IMG/VR virus record: IMGVR_UViG_2534681675_000009
Length of the DNA stretch: 4,364 nucleotides
DNA from: a virus
Lineage: Duplodnaviria; Heunggongvirae; Uroviricota; Caudoviricetes
Reading direction: 5' to 3' (one strand)
A model generated the notes under the pieces. It saw nothing but the letters and a program-made list of their open reading frames with translations. It was not told the DNA's origin and did not search any database. The position numbers and the translations under genes are program-made. Of the stretch, positions 1 through 4,364 are shown piece after piece. Positions within the stretch are counted from its first letter, which is position 1; the number at the start of each line of letters is the position of its first letter.

Positions 1-453
1 ATCGGCAGCGCCATTGGCGGTGCTGCCGGTGGCGGCTCATCAGCGTCAGGTGGTACAGCCATTCAGGCAGCTGCGGCGAAATTCCATTTTGCGACCGGAG
101 GATTTACGGGAACCGGCGGCAAATATGAGCCAGCGGGGATTGTTCACCGTGGTGAGTTTGTCTTCACGAAGGAGGCAACCAGCCGGATTGGCGTGGGGAA
201 TCTCTACCGGCTGATGCGCGGCTATGCCACCGGTGGTTATGTCGGTACACCGGGCAGTCTGGCTGACAGCCGGTCGCAGGCGTCCGGGACGTTTGAGCAG
301 AATAACCATGTGGTGATTAACAACGAAGGCACGAACGGGCAGATAGGGCCACAGGCGCTGAAGGCGGTTTATGACGTAGCCCGTAAGGCGGCAATGGATG
401 TTGTGACCGGGCAGATGCGCGATGGTGGTCTGTTCTCCGGAGGTGGACGATGA
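1..453 (+). CDS. H: Tail tape-measure protein, C-terminal fragment (5'-partial; frame 1 is open from nt 1, stop TGA at 451-453)
   Basis: Frame 1 is open from the window edge. Translation is Gly/Ala/Ser-rich (IGSAIGGAAGGGSSASGG...GNLYRLMRGYATGGYVGTPGSL...GGLFSGGGR*), typical of a tape-measure C-terminus. It sits immediately upstream of M-L-K-I-J, and its stop overlaps the M start (ATGA at 450-453). Recognised from memory as lambda gpH-like. Confidence 0.85.
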   Translation: MGSAIGGAAGGGSSASGGTAIQAAAAKFHFATGGFTGTGGKYEPAGIVHRGEFVFTKEATSRIGVGNLYRLMRGYATGGYVGTPGSLADSRSQASGTFEQNNHVVINNEGTNGQIGPQALKAVYDVARKAAMDVVTGQMRDGGLFSGGGR

Positions 454-779
454 AAACCTTCCGCTGGAAAGTGAAACCCGGTATGGATGTGGCTTCGGCC
501 CCTTCCGTCAGGAAGGTGCGCTTTGGTGATGGCTATTCCCAGCGTGCGCCTGCCGGGCTGAATGCCGACCTGAAAACGTACAGTGTGACGCTTTCCGTGA
601 CCCGGGAGGAGGCCCGGCATCTGGAGTCGTTTCTGGCAGAGCACGGGGGCTGGAAGGCCTTTCTGTGGACGCCGCCTTATGCATACCGGCAGATAAAGGT
701 GACCTGCGCAAAATGGTCGTCGCGGGTCAGTATGCTGCGTGTTGAGTTCAGTGCAGAGTTTGAACAGGTGGTGAACTGA
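450..779 (+). CDS. M: Minor tail protein M (tail tip assembly), 109 aa
   Basis: ATG at 450 overlaps the H stop. The 109-aa product (MKTFRWKVKPGMDVASAPSVRKVRFGDGYSQRAPAGLNADLKTYSV...) has the same length and position as lambda gpM. GC-rich, in phase with flanking genes. Confidence 0.9.
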   Translation: MKTFRWKVKPGMDVASAPSVRKVRFGDGYSQRAPAGLNADLKTYSVTLSVTREEARHLESFLAEHGGWKAFLWTPPYAYRQIKVTCAKWSSRVSMLRVEFSAEFEQVVN

Positions 780-1477
780 TGCAGGATATCCGGCAGGAAA
801 CACTGAATGAATGCACCCGTGCGGAGCAGTCGGCCAGCGTGGTGCTTTGGGAAATCGATCTGACAGAGGTCGGTGGAGAACGTTATTTTTTCTGTAATGA
901 GCAGAACGAAAAAGGTGAGCCGGTCACCTGGCAGGGGCGACAGTATCAGGCGTATCCCATTCAGGGGAGCGGTTTTGAACTGAATGGCAAAGGCACCAGT
1001 ACGCGCCCCACGCTGACGGTTTCTAACCTGTACGGTATGGTCACCGGGATGGCGGAAGATCTGCAGAGTCTGGTCGGCGGAACGGTGGTCCGGCGTAAGG
1101 TTTACGCCCGTTTTCTGGATGCGGTGAACTTCGTCAACGGAAACAGTGACGCCGATCCGGAGCAGGAGGTGATCAGCCGCTGGCGCATTGAGCAGTGCAG
1201 CGAACTGAGCGCGGTGAGTGCCTCTTTTGTACTGTCCACGCCGACGGAAACGGACGGCGCTGTTTTTCCGGGACGTATCATGCTGGCCAACACCTGCACC
1301 TGGACCTATCGCGGTGACGAGTGCGGTTATCACGGTCCGGCTGTCGCGGATGAATATGACCAGCCGACGTCCGATATCACGAAAGATAAATGCAGCAAAT
1401 GCCTGAGTGGCTGTAAGTTTCGCAATAACGTCGGCAACTTTGGCGGCTTCCTTTCCATTAACAAACTTTCGCAGTAA
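779..1477 (+). CDS. L: Minor tail protein L (tail tip assembly; C-terminal cysteine cluster), 232 aa
   Basis: ATG at 779 overlaps the M stop (TGATG at 777-781). The 232-aa product has the same length as lambda gpL. C-terminal Cys cluster (C173, C182, C205, C208, C212; nt 1295-1414) is consistent with the Fe-S-binding region reported for gpL. Confidence 0.9.
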   Translation: MQDIRQETLNECTRAEQSASVVLWEIDLTEVGGERYFFCNEQNEKGEPVTWQGRQYQAYPIQGSGFELNGKGTSTRPTLTVSNLYGMVTGMAEDLQSLVGGTVVRRKVYARFLDAVNFVNGNSDADPEQEVISRWRIEQCSELSAVSASFVLSTPTETDGAVFPGRIMLANTCTWTYRGDECGYHGPAVADEYDQPTSDITKDKCSKCLSGCKFRNNVGNFGGFLSINKLSQ

Positions 1478-1487
1478 ATCCCATTTT

Positions 1488-2231
1488 ATGACACAGACTG
1501 AATCAGCGATTCTGGCGCACGCCCGGCGGTGTTCGCCTGCGGAATCGTGCGGCTTCGTGGTGAGAACGCCGGAGGGAGACAGGTATCTTCCCTGCGTGAA
1601 TATCTCCGGTGAGCCGGAGGCGTATTTCCGGATGTCGCCGGAGGACTGGCTGCGGGCAGAAATGCAGGGTGAGATTGTAGCGCTGGTCCACAGCCACCCC
1701 GGTGGACTGCCCTGGCTGAGTGAGGCCGACAGGCGGCTGCAGGTGCAGAGTGATTTGCCGTGGTGGCTGGTCTGCCGGGGGGCGATTCACAAGTTCCGCT
1801 GTGTGCCACATCTTACCGGGCGACGCTTTGAGCACGGGGTGACGGACTGTTACACGCTGTTCCGGGATGCTTACCATCTGGCGGGGATTGAGATGCCGGA
1901 TTTTCATCGCGGGGATGACTGGTGGCGTAACGGCCAGAATCTCTATCTGGATAATCTGGAGGCCACAGGGCTGTATCAGGTGCCGTTGTCAGCGGCGCAG
2001 CCGGGCGATGTGCTGCTGTGCTGTTTTGGTTCATCTGTGCCGAATCATGCCGCCATTTACTGTGGTGACGGCGAGCTGCTGCACCATATTCCTGAACAAC
2101 TGAGCAAACGAGAGAGGTATACCGACAAATGGCAGCGACGCACACACTCCCTCTGGCGTCACCGGGCATGGCACGCATCTGCCTTTACGGGGATTTGCAA
2201 CGATTTGGCCGCCGCATCGACCTTCGTGTGA
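1488..2231 (+). CDS. K: Tail tip assembly protein K, two-domain (N-terminal JAMM/MPN-like metalloprotease motif + C-terminal NlpC/P60-like cysteine peptidase); 247 aa if started at the first ATG after L, with an alternative internal start at 1632 (199 aa)
   Basis: ORF in frame with the track entry 1407..2231; first ATG after the L stop is 1488 (MTQTESAILAHARR...). JAMM-type motif H-x-H-x7-S-x2-D seen directly in VHSHPGGLPWLSEAD (nt 1689-1730). NlpC/P60-like Cys context GVTDCYTLF (Cys at 1848-1850) and downstream His-rich NHAAIYCGDGELLHHIP. No clear Shine-Dalgarno before either start. Confidence 0.85.
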   Translation: MTQTESAILAHARRCSPAESCGFVVRTPEGDRYLPCVNISGEPEAYFRMSPEDWLRAEMQGEIVALVHSHPGGLPWLSEADRRLQVQSDLPWWLVCRGAIHKFRCVPHLTGRRFEHGVTDCYTLFRDAYHLAGIEMPDFHRGDDWWRNGQNLYLDNLEATGLYQVPLSAAQPGDVLLCCFGSSVPNHAAIYCGDGELLHHIPEQLSKRERYTDKWQRRTHSLWRHRAWHASAFTGICNDLAAASTFV

Positions 2232-2770
2232 AAACGGGAGCCGAAGCCATCCGGGCGCTGGCCACGCAGCTACCGTCGTTTCGCCAGAAACTGAATGAGG
2301 GCTGGTATCAGGTGCGCATTGCCGGGCGTGATGCAGGCGAAAACGAATTATCTGCCCGTCTTAATGAGCCGCTGGCAAATGGTGCCGTGATCCACATCGT
2401 ACCGCGTCTGGCGGGTGCCAAAAGTGGCGGTGTTTTTCAGGCAGTGCTGGGTGCGGCGCTGATTGCTACGGCAATCTGGATGCCGGGAATCAGTATCGCT
2501 TTCAGTGACATTCTCTTTTCTATGGGGGCAGCGATGACGCTTGGTGGTGTTGCACAGATGCTGGCCCCTAAACCCAAAACTCCACGTACACAGACAACGG
2601 ATAACGGCAAACAGAACACCTATTTCTCCTCGCTGGATAACATGGTTGCCCAGGGCAATGTCCTGCCTGTTCTGTACGGTGAAATGCGCGTGGGGTCACG
2701 TGTGGCATCTCAGGAGATCAGCACGGCAGATGAAGGGGATGGTGGTCAGGTTGTGGTAATTGGGCGGTAA
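2129..2770 (+). CDS. I: Tail tip assembly protein I, 213 aa
   Basis: ATG at 2129 lies 103 nt inside the 3' end of K in a different frame, an arrangement I recall for lambda K/I. Product begins MAATHTLPLASPGMARICLYGDLQRFGRRIDLRVKTGAEAIRALATQLP... and ends ...DEGDGGQVVVIGR, with a hydrophobic central segment. Stop TAA at 2768-2770. Confidence 0.85.
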   Translation: MAATHTLPLASPGMARICLYGDLQRFGRRIDLRVKTGAEAIRALATQLPSFRQKLNEGWYQVRIAGRDAGENELSARLNEPLANGAVIHIVPRLAGAKSGGVFQAVLGAALIATAIWMPGISIAFSDILFSMGAAMTLGGVAQMLAPKPKTPRTQTTDNGKQNTYFSSLDNMVAQGNVLPVLYGEMRVGSRVASQEISTADEGDGGQVVVIGR

Positions 2771-2842
2771 TATTATTTACTCATGTTCTAACTGATTTAA
2801 TATTTATATCGAATACTGATAATTATTCTGTTGGTTAGCTAT
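2771..2842 (+). promoter_or_regulatory. AT-rich putative promoter region for the inserted lipoprotein gene (exact -35/-10 not resolved)
   Basis: 72-bp strongly AT-rich spacer between the I stop and the lipoprotein ATG. Contains several -10-like hexamers, e.g. GATAAT at 2818-2823, about 20 nt upstream of the ATG. No convincing -35 (only weak TTTAAT/ATTTAA-type matches). Call rests on composition and moron architecture. Confidence 0.3.
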
Positions 2843-3181
2843 ATGAACAAAACGATTTTATTCTGCACGATTATTGCCTTAACAGGATGTAAATCTTTGG
2901 ATTACGTAAAATCCGGAAAACCTGTAATGGAAGGTAATTCATTAAAAAATATTGATGAATTGTCAGGCTGCATATCCAGACAATGGGCTGGTAATGGAAC
3001 ACCTATAACATCCCTTCCTATTGAGAATGGGGTAAGCCTTTTAGTTCCACAGGCTATGGGTGGGTACGATGTTGTGCTTGATATCAAAAAAGCAGGAAAT
3101 GGCAGTAGTTTTACTCTTTATGAACGAGTACCAGCATTAACGCCAAAAATTTTTGCTGATAGTGTTAATGCATGTAAATAA
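2843..3181 (+). CDS. Small predicted outer-membrane lipoprotein of unknown function (moron gene), 112 aa precursor, ~97 aa mature
   Basis: ORF-track entry 2831..3181 begins at TTG; the in-frame ATG at 2843 gives a canonical lipoprotein signal: MNK (n-region), TILFCTIIA (h-region), lipobox L-T-G-C (nt 2879-2890), then Lys at +2. AT-rich with A/T-ending codons, contrasting sharply with flanking tail genes. Two more Cys in the mature part (LSGCIS and NACK). No recognisable SD. Sequence not recognised by me. Confidence 0.7.
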   Translation: MNKTILFCTIIALTGCKSLDYVKSGKPVMEGNSLKNIDELSGCISRQWAGNGTPITSLPIENGVSLLVPQAMGGYDVVLDIKKAGNGSSFTLYERVPALTPKIFADSVNACK

Positions 3182-3205
3182 TAGTTAATCCTGCCGTAAC
3201 TCATG

Positions 3206-3233
3206 AGCCGCCTTTTGGGCGGCTTTGTCGTTT
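3206..3233 (+). terminator. Rho-independent terminator-like hairpin between the lipoprotein gene and J
   Basis: Perfect 7-bp stem AGCCGCC (3206-3212) / GGCGGCT (3218-3224) with 5-nt loop TTTTG, followed by T-rich tract TTGTCGTTT (3225-3233). It starts 25 nt after the lipoprotein stop and ends 15 nt before the J ATG. Oriented for + strand transcripts (no U-tract on the other side). Confidence 0.55.
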
Positions 3234-3247
3234 ATGGAGTGTGAGGA

Positions 3248-4364
3248 ATGGGTAAAGGAAGCAGTAAGGGGCATACCCCGCGTGAAGCGAAGGATAACCT
3301 GAAGTCCACGCAGTTGCTGAGTGTGATCGATGCCATCAGCGAAGGGCCGGTTGAAGGTCCGGTGGATGGATTAAAAAGCGTGCTGCTGAACAGTACGCCG
3401 GTGCTGGACAGTGAGGGGAATACCAATATCTCCGGTGTCACGGTGGTGTTCCGTGCAGGTGAGCAGGAGCAGACACCGCCGGAGGGATTTGAATCCTCCG
3501 GCTCCGAGACGGTGCTGGGTACGGAAGTGAAGTACGACACGCCGATTACCCGGACCATCACGTCTGCAAACATCGACCGTCTGCGCTTTACCTTCGGTGT
3601 GCAGGCACTGGTGGAAACCACCTCAAAGGGGGACCGGAATCCGTCGGAAGTCCGCCTGCTGGTTCAGATACAACGTAACGGTGGCTGGGTGACGGAAAAA
3701 GACATCACCATTAAGGGAAAAACCACCTCACAGTATCTGGCCTCGGTGGTGGTGGGTAACCTGCCGCCGCGCCCGTTCAGTATCCGGATGCGCAGGATGA
3801 CGCCGGACAGCACTACAGACCAGCTGCAGAACAAAACGCTCTGGTCGTCATACACCGAAATCATCGATGTGAAACAGGGCTACCCGAACACGGCACTGGT
3901 CGGTGTACAGGTGGACTCGGAGCAGTTCGGCAGCCAGCAGGTGAGTCGTAATTATCATCTTCGCGGGCGCATTCTGCAGGTGCCGTCGAACTATAACCCG
4001 CAGACGCGGCAATACAGCAGTATCTGGGACGGAACGTTTAAACCGGCATACAGCAACAACATGGCCTGGTGTCTGTGGGATATGCTGACCCATCCGCGCT
4101 ACGGCATGGGGAAACGTCTTGGTGCGGCGGATGTGGATAAATGGGCGCTGTATGTCATCGGCCAGTACTGCGACCAGTCAGTGCCGGACGGCTTTGGCGG
4201 CACGGAGCCGCGCATCACCTGTAATGCTTACCTGACAACACAGCGTAAGGCGTGGGATGTGCTCAGTGATTTCTGCTCGGCGATGCGCTGTATGCCGGTA
4301 TGGAACGGGCAGACGCTGACGTTCGTGCAGGACCGGCCGTCGGATAAGGTGTGGACCTATAACC
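3248..4364 (+). CDS. J: Tail tip host-specificity protein J, N-terminal ~372 codons (3'-partial, runs off the window)
   Basis: ATG at 3248 preceded by GGAG/GAGGA (3236-3247). Open frame to the window end with no stop. Translation MGKGSSKGHTPREAKDNLKSTQLLSVIDAISEGPVEGPVDGLKSVLLNSTPVLDSEGNTN... recognised from memory as a lambda gpJ-type N-terminus. Position immediately after I fits. Confidence 0.9.
   Translation, partial: MGKGSSKGHTPREAKDNLKSTQLLSVIDAISEGPVEGPVDGLKSVLLNSTPVLDSEGNTNISGVTVVFRAGEQEQTPPEGFESSGSETVLGTEVKYDTPITRTITSANIDRLRFTFGVQALVETTSKGDRNPSEVRLLVQIQRNGGWVTEKDITIKGKTTSQYLASVVVGNLPPRPFSIRMRRMTPDSTTDQLQNKTLWSSYTEIIDVKQGYPNTALVGVQVDSEQFGSQQVSRNYHLRGRILQVPSNYNPQTRQYSSIWDGTFKPAYSNNMAWCLWDMLTHPRYGMGKRLGAADVDKWALYVIGQYCDQSVPDGFGGTEPRITCNAYLTTQRKAWDVLSDFCSAMRCMPVWNGQTLTFVQDRPSDKVWTYN

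Noticed and set aside
1-200. Gly-rich repeats in H as a possible tandem repeat or CRISPR-like array
   Set aside because: The repetitiveness is at the protein level (GGAAGGG, TGGFTGTGG), inside a continuous open frame. There are no regular direct DNA repeats with spacers.
369-803. 144-aa minus-strand ORF spanning the H/M junction
   Set aside because: Antisense to the H and M coding sequence; composition typical of GC-rich antisense frames (R/P/G rich). No independent support.
677-1333. 218-aa ORF on the minus strand antisense to M/L
   Set aside because: Lies entirely antisense to well-supported tail genes in GC-rich DNA, where long spurious ORFs are expected. Arg/Pro/Gly/Ala-rich low-complexity translation, and no start or RBS context.
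1218-1406. 62-aa + strand ORF in an alternative frame inside L
   Set aside because: Embedded out-of-frame in L; Arg/Pro-rich and implausible as a protein.
1407-1487. Upstream start at 1407 for K (274-aa track ORF)
   Set aside because: This start lies 71 nt inside L and adds a hydrophobic non-conserved-looking leader. The first ATG after the L stop (1488) is the more parsimonious start.
1867-2103. 78-aa + strand ORF in an alternative frame inside K
   Set aside because: Fully embedded in K in another frame; Cys/Arg-rich translation typical of an off-frame read. No RBS.
1503-2178. Minus-strand ORFs (1486..1809, 1503..1907, 1813..2178) antisense to K
   Set aside because: Overlapping antisense frames within K; R/P/A-rich products typical of GC-rich noncoding frames. 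K itself carries recognisable catalytic motifs on the + strand.
2129-2231. Programmed ribosomal frameshift at the K/I overlap
   Set aside because: The known lambda tail frameshift is in G/T, upstream of H and outside this window. I has its own ATG at 2129, and I saw no slippery heptamer at the overlap, so independent initiation is the simpler explanation.
2541-2759. 72-aa + strand ORF in an alternative frame inside I
   Set aside because: Embedded out-of-frame in I, with no RBS. I is the supported frame.
2902-3087. 61-aa minus-strand ORF inside the lipoprotein gene
   Set aside because: Antisense to an ORF with a canonical lipoprotein signal; short, with no signal features or RBS. AT-rich DNA gives few stops by chance over this length.
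2771-3190. Insertion sequence or transposon as the origin of the AT-rich segment
   Set aside because: No transposase or integrase ORF, and I found no terminal inverted repeats or target-site duplication at the boundaries by eye. It looks like a simple moron, not a mobile element; a formal repeat search could still be run.
3232-4093. Minus-strand ORFs (3232..3621, 3664..3864, 3848..4093) antisense to J
   Set aside because: Antisense to a J N-terminus that I recognise; low-complexity translations.

Overview
The window is the tail-tip assembly module of a lambda-like siphovirus or prophage (probably enterobacterial), all on the + strand: the 3' end of the tape-measure gene H, then M, L, K, I, and the first ~372 codons of the host-specificity gene J. 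Gene order, sizes, overlapping junctions and several protein motifs match phage lambda, recognised from memory rather than by search. The one non-backbone element is a ~420-bp AT-rich insertion (about 2771-3190) between I and J, directly upstream of the receptor-binding gene. It encodes a ~112-aa predicted outer-membrane lipoprotein that I do not recognise, and is followed by an intrinsic-terminator hairpin. This has classic moron architecture and is the most interesting object here; my leading hypothesis is a lysogen-expressed receptor-masking or superinfection-exclusion lipoprotein, which is inference only. No tRNA, rRNA, CRISPR array or transposase was seen.
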